Source: Octopus bimaculoides
Taxonomy: Eukaryota
Length of the DNA stretch: 43,070 bases
NCBI RefSeq assembly: GCF_001194135.2
Contig: NC_068995.1
Coordinates: 37,593,219 to 37,636,288, forward strand
Direction: 5' to 3'
Shown: piece after piece, positions 23,928 through 35,759 of the stretch
How positions within the stretch are numbered: the first letter of the stretch is position 1
How the letters are laid out: every line of letters begins with the position of its first letter
Notes under the pieces: generated by a model
The model's input: only the letters and a program-made list of their open reading frames with translations
Told to the model about the DNA's origin: nothing
Databases searched by the model: none
Translations under genes and position numbers: made by a program

Positions 23928-24787
23928 AACACTACTACTACTACTAGTAATAATAATAATATTAATAATAATAATAACGATGATGATGATTATGATGATG
24001 ATGATAGGGATGATAATGACAATGATGGTGATGATGTGTATATATTCCTTTAGATATAATATTGGACTTCATAATTGGTGAGACACATAAATTGTAGGGA
24101 AAATCTAGTAACAGAAAAGATTATGTAAGACACAATGTTCTTTTGTATCTTCTATAATTCTCGTTTATAATTTGATCGTGTTACTTCACACTGTGAATGC
24201 AATATCGTGATTGATGAATATTTTATATCTTTGATCATGAAATACTTAGCAACACTACATGTCCATGTTACTAATACACTGAATATATAAATACATCTGC
24301 ATGTATATATAAAAATGGTTATATATATATATACATGCATATATATANNNNNNNNNNNNNNNNNNNNNNNNNNNNNNNNNNNNNNNNNNNNNNNNNNNNN
24401 NNNNNNNNNNNNNNNNNNNNNNNNNNNNNNNNNNNNNNNNNNNNNNNNNNNNNNNNNNNNNNNNNNNNNNNNNNNNNNNNNNNNNNNNNNNNNNNNNNNN
24501 NNNNNNNNNNNNNNNNNNNNNNNNNNNNNNNNNNNNNNNNNNNNNNNNNNNNNNNNNNNNNNNNNNNNNNNNNNNNNNNNNNNNNNNNNNNNNNNNNNNN
24601 NNNNNNNNNNNNNNNNNNNNNNNNNNNNNNNNNNNNNNNNNNNNNNNNNNNNNNNNNNNNNNNNNNNNNNNNNNNNNNNNNNNNNNNNNNNNNNNNNNNN
24701 NNNNNNNNNNNNNNNNNNNNNNNNNNNNNNNNNNNNNNNNNNNNNNNNNNNNNNNNNNNNNNNNNNNNNNNNNNNNNNNNNNNNNNN

Positions 24788-24833
<46 letters not shown>

Positions 24834-24834
<1 letters not shown>

Positions 24835-24861
24835 TGCTTCCATTATTTTTTCCAACCCCTG
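24834..24861. mobile_element. Isolated Tc1 terminal repeat (same orientation as 25696-25723)
   Basis: GTGCTTCCATTATTTTTTCCAACCCCTG|TA versus GTGTTTCCATTATTTTGTCCAACCCCTG|TA. Confidence 0.8.
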
Positions 24862-25013
24862 TATATATATATATGCACACCAGCTGATTTTCGGAGCATG
24901 CTCTTCCCCCTTTATGTACAATACATCGCTAGCAGATGCGCGTGGATGACGTGGCCAAGAAGCTTGTAACCGACCGATCCCGTCAGCTGTTGAAGGGTAG
25001 TCTGGTGTCGCTA

Positions 25014-25170
25014 CTGCTGGTAGCGATGTGTTGTACATAAAGGATGTAGAGCCTCCGCCGAAAACCAGATGCTGGAGAATCCGCCTAGTTTAACCTTAGG
25101 CGGATTCTCCACTATGTGGTTTTCGGAGAAAGCTCTACATACTTTATGTGCAACACATTGCTACCAGCAG
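25014..25170. repeat. 157-bp GC-rich palindrome
   Basis: Perfect 15-bp inner stem TGGAGAATCCGCCTA(25073-87)/TAGGCGGATTCTCCA(25097-111), extended by CGAAAACCA/TGGTTTTCG, TGTAGAGC/GCTCTACA and ~28-bp outer arms. Confidence 0.9.
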
Positions 25171-25188
25171 GGTAAATATTGACCCCAG

Positions 25189-25723
25189 ATTGCCTTCTTC
25201 CAACTGTTAAACATGGAGGGGGATCTGTTATGCTCTGGCGGGGCTATATTTTTGGACATCCGCCTGCCCACTGGTTTTCCTTCAGTATTTAGTCAAGACT
25301 GTTTCAGTATTTTATCTGATCAAATTCATCCTATGTTTGCGGAACTGTTTCTGGAGGGAAACGCAATCTTACAGTATGATAATGCACCAATTCACACAGC
25401 TAAAGTTGTTACTGAATGGCAGAAGGAACATTCTAATGAAGTTAAGGATCTTCTCTGGCCACTACAGTCCCCAGATTTAATATCATTAAACATTTATGGT
25501 GCATTTTAGAAAAACAAGTAAGGTGTCAATATCCTCCACCAGCATCACTACAAGAACTGGAAACTGTTTTAGCTGAAGAATGGACAAAAATTCCTTTGGA
25601 AACAATTCAAACTTTGTTCGAGTCCATACCTCGCAGAATTGAAGATGTAATTACTGCCTACCCCATATTAAAATAAATATGTTTGAAATTTTAAAGTGTT
25701 TCCATTATTTTGTCCAACCCCTG
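25189..25723 (+). mobile_element. Tc1 (DD34E) transposon 3' half with right TIR
   Basis: DCLLPTVKHGGGSVMLW..., ILQYDNAPIHTAKVVTEW, WPLQSPDL, LQELETVLAEEWTKIPLETIQTLFESIPRRIEDVI. TIR ends at 25723 followed by TA. Confidence 0.88.
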
Positions 25724-25744
25724 TATACAGATAGATATATATAT

Positions 25745-25799
<55 letters not shown>

Positions 25800-25829
25800 A
25801 ACACACACACGTATATACGCATATAAACA

Positions 25830-26736
25830 TTGATTAGAGTACAAACATCAAATTCGAGTGAACGGTTTTCTAAAACACCACGCTTCCATACATTTGATGA
25901 TACAGAAATATTACCATGTCCTTCAACATATAAAAAGAATGCATGCATAAAAAGCACAGAAGGTAAAAAAATACATATGCACATAAAAATACAAATATAT
26001 AGTACGGCCTATCAAGAAAAGTTATATATATTCGTCTAAAGACAAGTAATCACAACGGATTACTGAAGCAGGTCAGGCGACTAAAAATCTTTTTAAAAAT
26101 CTTTAAAAATATATAACATATTTAAAAAAGTTTTTACTCCCCTCAAATAAAAATATGTCAAAATACTTAGTTTCATAAGAACCATGGTAGAGCATAAAAG
26201 AATTCCAAAGAGAATTTCCAAAGAGCATGAGAGAATTCCACAAAAAAACAAGTCAAAACACATCTATGGCTATTTCGGGAGTTGACTGCTGCGGTCCGAT
26301 AACGAGTTAAAGTGCATCAATGACCCCCTTATCAGCATGAACAGGAATCTCAACAATTATCCGTTCAAAAGAGAAACGCTTTTATAAAATGAACAATTTT
26401 GACATATTTTTTATTTAAGGGGACTAAAATCTTATTTTAGTCGATTGATATATTTGTTCTATATATATTTTAAAGATTTAAAAAAATGTTTTTTAGTCGC
26501 CTGACCCGCTTCAGCACTCCATTTTGATTACTTCCTTTTAGTAGATAGTATATACCTTTTCAATATATTTGTATTTTTATGTACATATATATTTTTTCCA
26601 TCTGTGTCTTTATATATGTGTATATTTTTTTTTATAATGTTGAAGGCCATGGTAATTTTTATGTATGATCAAATGTATGGAAGCGTGCTGTTGTATAAAG
26701 TCGTTGACTCGAATTTGATGTTTGTTCTCTAATCAA
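25830..26736. repeat. ~900-bp foldback with ~350-bp diverged arms and ~200-bp spacer
   Basis: TTGATTAGAG.ACAAACATCAAATTCGAGT, CACGCTTCCATACATTTGAT and CTGAAGC.GGTCAGGCGACTAAAA occur inverted at both ends. Confidence 0.88.
26261..26339 (-). ncRNA. Hammerhead-like motif in the foldback spacer
   Basis: CATG-CTGATAA-GGGGG..42 nt with extra pairing..CTCCC-GAAAT-AGCC-ATA-GATG. One mismatch in the CUGAUGA core (G8A), near-palindromic ATAGCCAT stem III, stem I with one mismatch. Confidence 0.5.
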
Positions 26737-29279
26737 CGTATTTCTTTCTTTTTTTTTTTTATCTCTGTCTCAATTTCATTTGAGCACTTCTATTTTGCAG
26801 TCCTACAAACACTTTTGTCTCCATAAAAAGAGGCAGAACAGTTCCACTTCATTAATTCACCCGACAGCTCCACTTCATTCAATAAATGAGTGGAAATTTG
26901 ACCAGTGAGTATGTTAAATTATAAGGCACTAAAAAAGAATCTCTCCAGACACAACAGTATATATATATATATATATNNNNNNNNNNNNNNNNNNNNNNNN
27001 NNNNNNNNNNNNNNNNNNNNNNNNNNNNNNNNNNNNNNNNNNNNNNNNNNNNNNNNNNNNNNNNNNNNNNNNNNNNNNNNNNNNNNNNNNNNNNNNNNNN
27101 NNNNNNNNNNNNNNNNNNNNNNNNNNNNNNNNNNNNNNNNNNNNNNNNNNNNNNNNNNNNNNNNNNNNNNNNNNNNNNNNNNNNNNNNNNNNNNNNNNNN
27201 NNNNNNNNNNNNNNNNNNNNNNNNNNNNNNNNNNNNNNNNNNNNNNNNNNNNNNNNNNNNNNNNNNNNNNNNNNNNNNNNNNNNNNNNNNNNNNNNNNNN
27301 NNNNNNNNNNNNNNNNNNNNNNNNNTATATATATATATATTCATACATTTTGATGGTGATCTACAACGGATTTACTGCTACATTTAACGTATCGTGGAAG
27401 GAGCAAGTTTCAAAACTATCTTTTTTAGAAAATACATGATGTATATAATTATCCACTGAATATACAAGAAATAAATAAATAACAGATCATGTAGTTTTCG
27501 TATTTGTATAATGTTTTATGTATCAATTGACAAATATAAGCGGAGTAGAAACTGTTTTAATGGCATGAAAATATCGAAATTTCCTGTATAAAATCGACGA
27601 GTATATATTTCGTATATTTTGTTTTTTTTTTAGAAAACTGTATTTTTTTCTTCCCACTAATATATTAGGGATTGGCATATTGTGCAAAATGATACGGTGA
27701 ATTGCGTGCAAAAAATCAGCAGTGAAGTTTAATTTGCAGGTATTGGTTTACGTTAAGGAAAGGCAGCATTGGCTATTAAACTAGACTGTCTGAAATGTAG
27801 TAAAAAGGAAGGAAAAGTAAAGATGCTCGTTGTTTGGTTTTTGCATTTTTATTATTTGTACAAAAAATGTTATTTAAGCCATCATATCCTAGCACCTAAA
27901 GTATTTTTAGAAGACCAATTTATTTTATTGATCATTTTTGTGGCCAGCCGGAAACACTTACGAATGTCATGAGAGTATGCGATAGAAAATTTATTATTTT
28001 AATAATATCTATCAGAAAATATGTACATCTCACATGCAAAGCCACTGATTCTTAACAATATTGGTTATTTCCAAAAGTAAAAGAAAAAAGAAAACAAATA
28101 TAAAACAAGAGACAAAATGGAACAAGAACGAGATGTAAAGATTCCGGTTTTATATTACTCTGTAGCTGAGAATGGTTAGCATTTATGTTAGAAAATTACT
28201 GCAGTAATATAATTCTGCTTGTGCGACGTTTTATGCATATTGTATACAAGTAGCACGCAGCTTAATTTAATGTCGAACTTAAACATTAAAGCAAACTAAA
28301 CATGAGCTAGAACGTTTATAAAATTGAGTTTACATGATTTTGTTTGATGAATACATGAAAGATATCGACTGTAAACTATTCTCGTCAAACACCGTAAAGA
28401 TAGATTCTCTTAGCGATATGTTAGAAGTAGATGCCTAATCTGGCTCACAACCAGCGATACTGTCTTAAAAAGAAATACCACATCGGACACTGTCAATATG
28501 GATATACAAATAATCATTTTATGGCTAATCACACTTTGCTATCACAAGATAGTATGTCCAAATTCATTGGATTGGTGGAATATATATTTTCTATAAACTG
28601 GAATCGATCGAAGCTTGTAATGGATATTGAGTAGTGAAAAACAGCGGGATGTCCCGTCTGATATAATTTATCTTTAATTCAAAGATTCAGACACGACATA
28701 TACTGTCACGCAGATTCAGCCCCAACATTACATTTAACGGTGTCTGTGAAATGTTTTGCTCCTCAGATATTGTTTCAATGTGATTCAGTGGATGGAATGA
28801 TTGAATCACCGTCGTCAAAACTAACAGAGATGCATCAATTTGTCTCTAGATATATGAAATAAAGGAATAATTACAGCTGGAACACTATCGACGTTCCATC
28901 ACTTTGATAAAATATTTACCCGATCAAATTTGAACTTTGGTTAACACAACTGCCGGAACAGGAGCATTTAAAAAAAAATAATTTCTGAAAGACAACTTTC
29001 GTAGCGTCATTGTACTTTAAAATGTGATATTTTGTATGCTAATAGGTTACAAATTCACAAACAGCTAAAATATTTTAAGTATAAATCAACGCCAATTTAC
29101 AAATGAGATGGGTTACAAATGGGGTTTAATTATATACAAGTAATGAAATACACACAAAAGTGAAGATTTCCCACAACAATTTAACAGGAGTGAGTACGAT
29201 GAATTTTTTTCGGATTTAAGAGACTGAAATCTAGCTCAGTGACTACCATCAACAAAAAAACTATCTTCCTTAATCAGAA

Positions 29280-29387
29280 GGCTTGGTGGGATCGTCTGTT
29301 TAGTCGTCGATAACCTGCTCATACGACAGGCTGTCCTGGATATTACGTTACCAGTAGCCTAGTAGCACTAAGAGTGACCTGACATTT
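29280..29387 (-). mobile_element. Second partial copy of the repeat at 15500-15600 (putative RTE 5' region)
   Basis: GCTTGGTGGG..TTTAGTCG.CGA..ACC..C.CAT.C..CAGG..GT.CTG..T.A..GTTACCAGTAGC....AGTGAC.TGACAT is shared with 15502-15600. Confidence 0.7.
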
Positions 29388-30295
29388 ACTTGTGTGTGAA
29401 TATATATATATATATAACTGGTTATATACATAGATATATAGATATTTGCTTACACATAAACACACATACACACATACATGGGTTGAATTTGATCTATTTT
29501 CATTTGATTGATTCATCCAGCACCTAGAAAATGAGTACAATTCAAATAACAGGATCGATTCCATAAACTGTATGAATAACATATTTAGAAATCGTAATTA
29601 TGAATTAATTCCACATAAAACATGTCTGATACTCGTCCAGTGTAAAATAAATTTGAACGACTTTCATAACCTTATGAATGGCGTAAGTAGCTCTATTGAA
29701 AACATGTCACGTATCTCCTATTGTATTATCTTAAACTATTTGTTTAGAGCACACATATTTGCTGCTAAATATACTGAGAAATTTATTCGAGATTAAACTC
29801 CATAGCAGCACTTCATATTCCCTTAGGTATGTTGTTTAATATATTAAGTTTTATTGTGGTACTTTATTTTTCTCGACTCATTTATCTTCATAAATAGAAG
29901 CAAATTTTAAATGAAAGTCTAATATTCTATCTCCTTTCTTATTACTTCTTTCGTTCTCGTTTTTTATTCTAAGATATTCTTCAAATCGTTTATTCGTTTT
30001 TTATTTTCTTCTCCTATTTTCCAAATTGAAGCCAAAAATATGCTTTGGAAAAGCTAGGATGTAGAACAACATAAAACCACTCACAAACTATAAATCTTTT
30101 GATGGTACATGCAGTATTAAGTTTTTATCTTCATGCGTTATTTATGTCAATATTTTCAAACTAAAACATCGATGAATATTAGAATAATATCGACACTAAG
30201 AACTTTAAATAGACTATTTAGTTTAGCCTCTGTTGGTACTGAATCAAAGCACTATCAAAATCAACTTCGTTTTTTAATATCCTAGGATCAAGGAA

Positions 30296-30502
30296 ATCGG
30301 TGAGCTGGCAGAAATGTCGTTAGCACGCCAAAGTGTTTAGCGTCATGTCGTTCGTGTTTACCTTTTGAGCTCAATAATCCACTGAGGTCGACTTTACCTC
30401 TTATCGTTTCGGTGACGATGAAATTGAAAACTGGGGTTGATGTAATCGACATGTCCCTTTTTCCAGAATTTGTTGGCCTTGTGCCAATATTTGAAACCAA
30501 TA
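30296..30502 (+). mobile_element. tRNA-derived SINE (tail type C), diverged
   Basis: GGTGAGCTGGCAGAAATGTCGTTAGCACGCC head; GAGGTCGACTTTACC core; GGCCTTGTGCCAATATTTGAAACCAAT tail as at 13470-13492. Confidence 0.8.
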
Positions 30503-33149
30503 TTTTTGACCAAATGAAACACGTTGAAGTTAATTATCAGTATTTAATTTCATGTAACGCAGCAACATTTCTGGTTGTGTGTAAGTAACAGAATTCTATA
30601 TTTCATGTTTAATCATCATCATTCGTTCTGGCGAATCGCTCGTACAATCAAGCAATGAGACATGCATGCTTGGCCTGTCACATGGGCTTTTTCGCTCTCT
30701 GAAATATCTCATCTGCGACAACTACGATTGCAGATGGTATCAATAGGTCACTAACTGAACTGTTGATTCTCGCTAACAACCGTTTGTTGACTGTTCATCT
30801 GCTGAGTATAAAATGATATTTCTCATTGATTCAAAAGGTTCATCTGCCGAAATACTTCTACCATGCTGCAGCACATTATATCAACGTAATATGTCTCGGG
30901 TGGTTACATGCTATTTACCGCACAGCTGGGACCCCAATAGGTGCTACTTCCTTGGGTCAGGGTAGGCCTGGAAACAAGAATGGCTAATAGGTTTTTCCAC
31001 AATCCTCAAGACCCTAGAATACTCCAACCAGAGTCCCACTACCGGATGCAGTTTAATAACATCCTCAAGATGTCCTCAAGTTTAGAAATAAAACTACTCT
31101 TAGTGTGATCAGCTGGAACTAATCGGACTAAGCTCAGAATGAAATGTTTTACTGCATTTAGTTTTCTCACTCAACAATCTGAATTCCAATCTCCCTGTCG
31201 TAGTATTTTATTTTCATCCATCATATTTAGTAAAAAAAAATACAAGGTGTCAAAAATTACTTCCACCCACGTTTCTCAAGAGAATTGTAAACATGTATGG
31301 CACAGTAGGAAGGATTCATCTTGTAATCATTCAAAACAGTGAAAAATCAACTTTTGTTTCGGCGTCATCTAGCGCTTACTCCAATTCAAGCAGTAAGTAT
31401 AGAGTGAAAATGAAATTCAACAACAAAAACACTTCCACTTAACTGATATAGTGTTGATCCATCATATTTTGAAGAAGCGCTCATTGATATGTCAAGATAT
31501 GTGTTGATTATCTAATTCATATCCTTTGATATTTTTAGAAACAGTACAAACTCTAAATGAAAATAAAATTATCACTGTTTATGAATGATGTAAAATACGT
31601 TTTAGATCCCCTCTGAATATCAATAAATTTGAAAACGGGATTTTCGCGAAAATAAGTGGGAGGAAAATGATTTACTCTATAGATCAATAGATCAACACAA
31701 ACTATATTTTTTAGCAAATTGAAAAAGGAAGTATGATAATTGTTAGATAATAAAACATCAATAAAGTGAACAAAGTAGCAACAATTGTAAATCGCTGGAT
31801 GAATTTTTGACAATATTTTGACTTGCGTATCTCTCTTATGATTTCAGAAAAAAATACAACTAACTTTGGATTTTTTAATATTATTTAATTGTAAAGCATG
31901 ACCAAGATATGACTCAAAATTACTCTAAACAACCTTTTACTACTTCTTCAAATCAAATGTACGGTATTTTTCCAGTACGAAAATCATCTACGTTTATGAA
32001 AACAAATAACAGTTGGCAACATAGCACCCCTGCCGTTGCTCTAAATGTGATTAGTTCTTGGAATTATATCATAACAAAAACTCGAAGTTAAAACGTTATT
32101 GAATGTATCGAAACTCTCTGTTAATAAGTTAAATCCTACTGTAGAATTAAACGAACATTTCAGGGGAGGAAGGAGAACGAGTAGTCCACCCTTCAGTCGG
32201 AAATGTTAAACAAATGTTAAACATACAGCTAATCTTCAATGTACAGTCTGTAATTTAGTCACTTAAATTGACGTTCTAATAGGAAGACGAAACGGCAGTT
32301 TTCTGTCTGAATGTCTGCCGACATCACTGTATATCTTTTCATTATTTCTCTTTCTATTTTTTCTGTAATCTTTCTCTCGCTTTCTATTTGTTTTTACTAG
32401 TTTTAACCATGAAATGTACACTGTAATGTTGTTATTTACATTCTCTACCGAACCACCTCTTAATTCCGCCTGTTACACATCAGCCTAGAATTTGATTGTC
32501 TCTCATGTTTCTTTTTCTTAAACTAAAAAGAAAAAAAAAACATTATTCATATCACCCTATATATCTACTCACATACGTATACATACACACAAAACAACAT
32601 ACTCACAAGCATACATACAAATCCATATCTATCTCTCTATCTTTTTATCTCTCCTCCTCTCTTTGCTCAACAGCGAAATATATTGCACTTTATCTCACAA
32701 AGTTAGATATAGTTCAATTTTGCGATATAATCAAACAAATAAAATAAAGTAATATGATTCAAACAAAATTTTTATTATCTAAATATTTTTATCATCCCTA
32801 CTGTCATTACATTTCAACATGTATTTACATTATTTGTATTGCATTAATCTCTAACATTATATATTGATATTATTAATTTGAATGCTATGAAACTAATAAG
32901 CAAACAGAACATATCTGATGTCTATGTCTTGGCAGGTGTCTGTATCACAAAGTAAACACAAACATTAACTAAAATGACTGTACTTAATAATTGGCTACTT
33001 ATACGTCAATGCCGACGAGAAATTTCCTCCTACGCTTACACGACGACTACCACCACCGTTACCACCTAAGGAACAAGAACAAAAAAACCCACAGAACCAC
33101 CACCACCATCACCTCTTCCTTCTCTCCTCTTATATATATATATATATAT

Positions 33150-33457
33150 ATGACCATATGCTTGGCTCTCCGTCGGTTACGACGACGGGCGGTTCAGTTG
33201 ATTTGATCAGGGGAATAGTTTGCTTTTGAAATTAACTTCTAAGTGGCTATGCATCTCAGAGACACGTACCCCTGACATTGTTCTCGGAGAGCGAGGTAAA
33301 GAAAGGCTGCCCCTTTGAATTACAGACAGTTCGTTTTTGTTCGCTGAATGGACGGGGACAACGTGAAATAATGTGCCTTGCACACGGACACAAGGTGACG
33401 TCAGGAATCTAACTCACGACTTTACGATCGTGACCCGAATACCATAAACTCTAACCC
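33150..33457 (-). mobile_element. tRNA-derived SINE, long-tailed family
   Basis: Head GGTATTCGGGTCACGATCGTAAAGTCGTGAGTTAGATTCC; core TTGTGTCCGTGTGCAAGGCACATTATTTCACGTTG related to 16020-16050. Confidence 0.75.
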
Positions 33458-33779
33458 ATATAATATAATATATGATATAATATATGATATAATATATGAT
33501 ATAATATACTTAAAGATGTAAAAATAATCCCTAAAGTCTTCTATAGATTTGCAAAATAGTATGCTTCGGTACGGTACAAGATAGGACCGCTTATTGTTTA
33601 AAGAAACTTTTCACTTACTGTAGATCTCCCGCAACTCTCTTAGTATTATTGTGATTAAAAATGCTTGATAAGTTCTTCGGTACCACAGCTACAGGAAGGG
33701 AATTGTGTAAAGCGATTATCGATTACATAGAAATAAAGGAAACTGATTTAATATCAGACAGATAAAATGAACTTAAAAC

Positions 33780-34740
33780 CTTAGGCACAGCTCCTGATAG
33801 GTTTCCAACCACCTTCCTGAAGACACGTAAAGGGGTGTTAGCATCATCATTGCAGGTCATCTTCCAAATCTTCTTTGCACGTTGGAGACTTCCTAGAAAG
33901 TTAAAGGAAGGCTTAATATGTCCTATTCACAAAGGTGTTAGCAGAGTGAATGGTAAAAATTATAGACCTGTATCTCTAACCTTATGTGTAAAAATTATAG
34001 ACCTGTATCTCTAACCTTATGTGTAAAAATTATAGACCTGTATCGCTAACCTTATGTTTAAAAATTATAGACCTGTATCTCTAACCTTATGTGTAAAAAT
34101 TATAGACCTGTATCTCTAACCTTACATGTCAGCTAACTTTATGGAACACATTGTTCAGAAGAAGCTGATTACTCTCCTAGTGGATAATGGCTTGTTTCTT
34201 CAAAGCCGGTATAATTGTCCTCACCTGAATGGAGTTCTGCTCTCAAATTTAGTCACCCAACAGAGTCAAACTAATAACGGAACTTGAGTCAGTTCAGCGG
34301 TTATACGCATGGAAGATTCCATCAACTGAAGGGCTGAGATCATGGGAGAGGCTAAATGAATTACCATTCTAATACCCGGAGCGAAGACGGGTGAAATTTG
34401 AGGTGATATACAAATGGAAGATATTAGAAGTGTTAGCAACAAACTTTGATATCGTGAATTATTGTGGCCGCCAAACAGGGCATTACTTCATTACGTCAAA
34501 TTCCTCACCCATACCGTGAAGAGTGAGGTCAGGTACTGAAATATCCTGGGATTAAAAGGCTCACAGCTATATAATGTTGTCTAAATGTCTAGCAGACCTA
34601 AATTGAGTGGGTGTCGATATTTTCAAGAGGCAGTTTGAACTTTTGCTGTCCAAGATCCAAGAGTGGCGTATATTACAGGAAGAAACTCAACACACAGCAG
34701 CTATATTACACTCCTTCCTTTACTCAAAGATATTGATGGG
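33780..34740 (+). mobile_element. CR1-like LINE remnant (RT N-terminus joined to 3' end)
   Basis: APDRFPTTFLK..KGVLASSLQVIFQ...PRKLKEGLICPIHKGVSRVNGKNYRPVSLT..FMEHIVQKKL; later WKILEVLATNFDI and LGLKGSQLYN..VDIFKRQ. Most of the RT is missing. Confidence 0.75.
33953..34124 (+). repeat. 35-bp minisatellite, ~5 copies
   Basis: TATAGACCTG recurs at 33961, 33996, 34031, 34066 and 34101; unit AAAAATTATAGACCTGTATCTCTAACCTTATGTGT. Confidence 0.95.
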
Positions 34741-34846
34741 AGAATGCTCATATAAAAGTTGATGATACCGGCTGTGTCCTGCATGGTCGTTTCCTTTGGA
34801 ATGACAGATACAAAAAGTATGATATACAAAAAACTACATACACACT

Positions 34847-34849
<3 letters not shown>

Positions 34850-34909
<60 letters not shown>

Positions 34910-34910
34910 G

Positions 34911-34965
<55 letters not shown>

Positions 34966-35038
34966 GTCCAAATACATTGACATACATACAGAAACAAATA
35001 CACACTTGCATACGTATATATTTTCAAAGGCTTGTCTG

Positions 35039-35100
<62 letters not shown>
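34850..35100. repeat. (TATC)n (34850-34965) and (TA)n (35041-35100) microsatellites
   Basis: Direct reading. Confidence 0.95.
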
Positions 35101-35104
<4 letters not shown>

Positions 35105-35759
35105 GGTTATGACTTTTATGCAACCTAGTAACCCTATACTGTAATTCAATTAATAATTTCATAAAAGTCAGGAAACTAACAAACATTTATTTTGCTTTAT
35201 TTGTTAAACAGCGTCACTCCCAACTGAAGAAACAGATCACTACTTTCGACCCAAATTATGCAAAATTTTAGTGAGGAGGGGATTCATAGCACATGCTCAA
35301 GTTCTTTTTACCAAACTTGGTGTGCTGACTCAATGCCATGCAGAAATAGTACATCTGAAATTTTAGCTTTTTAGTTGAAGTAGTTTCGGAGTTATAGGCT
35401 TTTAAAACTATATTTACTAGATGGCACTAGATTAACACTTCAGTATTTCTGCTGGTTAAATCCTTGTAAACACAAGGGAGATGCGGATTAAAAGTGAATT
35501 TATTTATTTTAAAGATTACTGAATTGAAATTGCTCTCTGCTCTATTTAAAACAGAGACCACTATAAGCATTCGATAACATACAGAATTTAAAACAATTCA
35601 TATTTTTAACTTTATAAGTTTAATTTCAATTTTAAATAACTGTATAATAAAAAGGGTGCTGAAATGTAGCGATATTTTAAAGATAACAAAGAATTAATAT
35701 GTTTTGTTAGATAAAATAAATCGAAGCTGAAGATTCTCCTTCTTTTTACAAACATCATA

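Larger units (their letters stand above)
6564..27325. other. Seven assembly gaps: 6564-6597, 8519-8722, 12207-12469, 17269-17692, 21979-22350, 24348-24787, 26977-27325
   Basis: N runs, mostly flanked by (TA)n or (AG)n. The poly-X ORFs in the track are artefacts of these. Confidence 0.99.

Noticed and set aside
8465-27387. Long poly-X ORFs
   Set aside because: They span N gaps; no sequence evidence.
28498-28551. Signal-peptide-like MDIQIIILWLITLCYHKI followed by GTATGT donor
   Set aside because: Only 18 codons in AT-rich DNA; no phase-compatible downstream exon identified.
30592-30736. Open frame FYISCLIIIIRSGESLVQSSNETCMLGLSHGLFRSLKYLICDNYDCR between AG and GT
   Set aside because: Weak splice sites, no recognisable domain, phase incompatible with the 28498 candidate.
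33953-34124. CRISPR-like array
   Set aside because: Head-to-tail repeats with no spacers, in eukaryotic LINE context.
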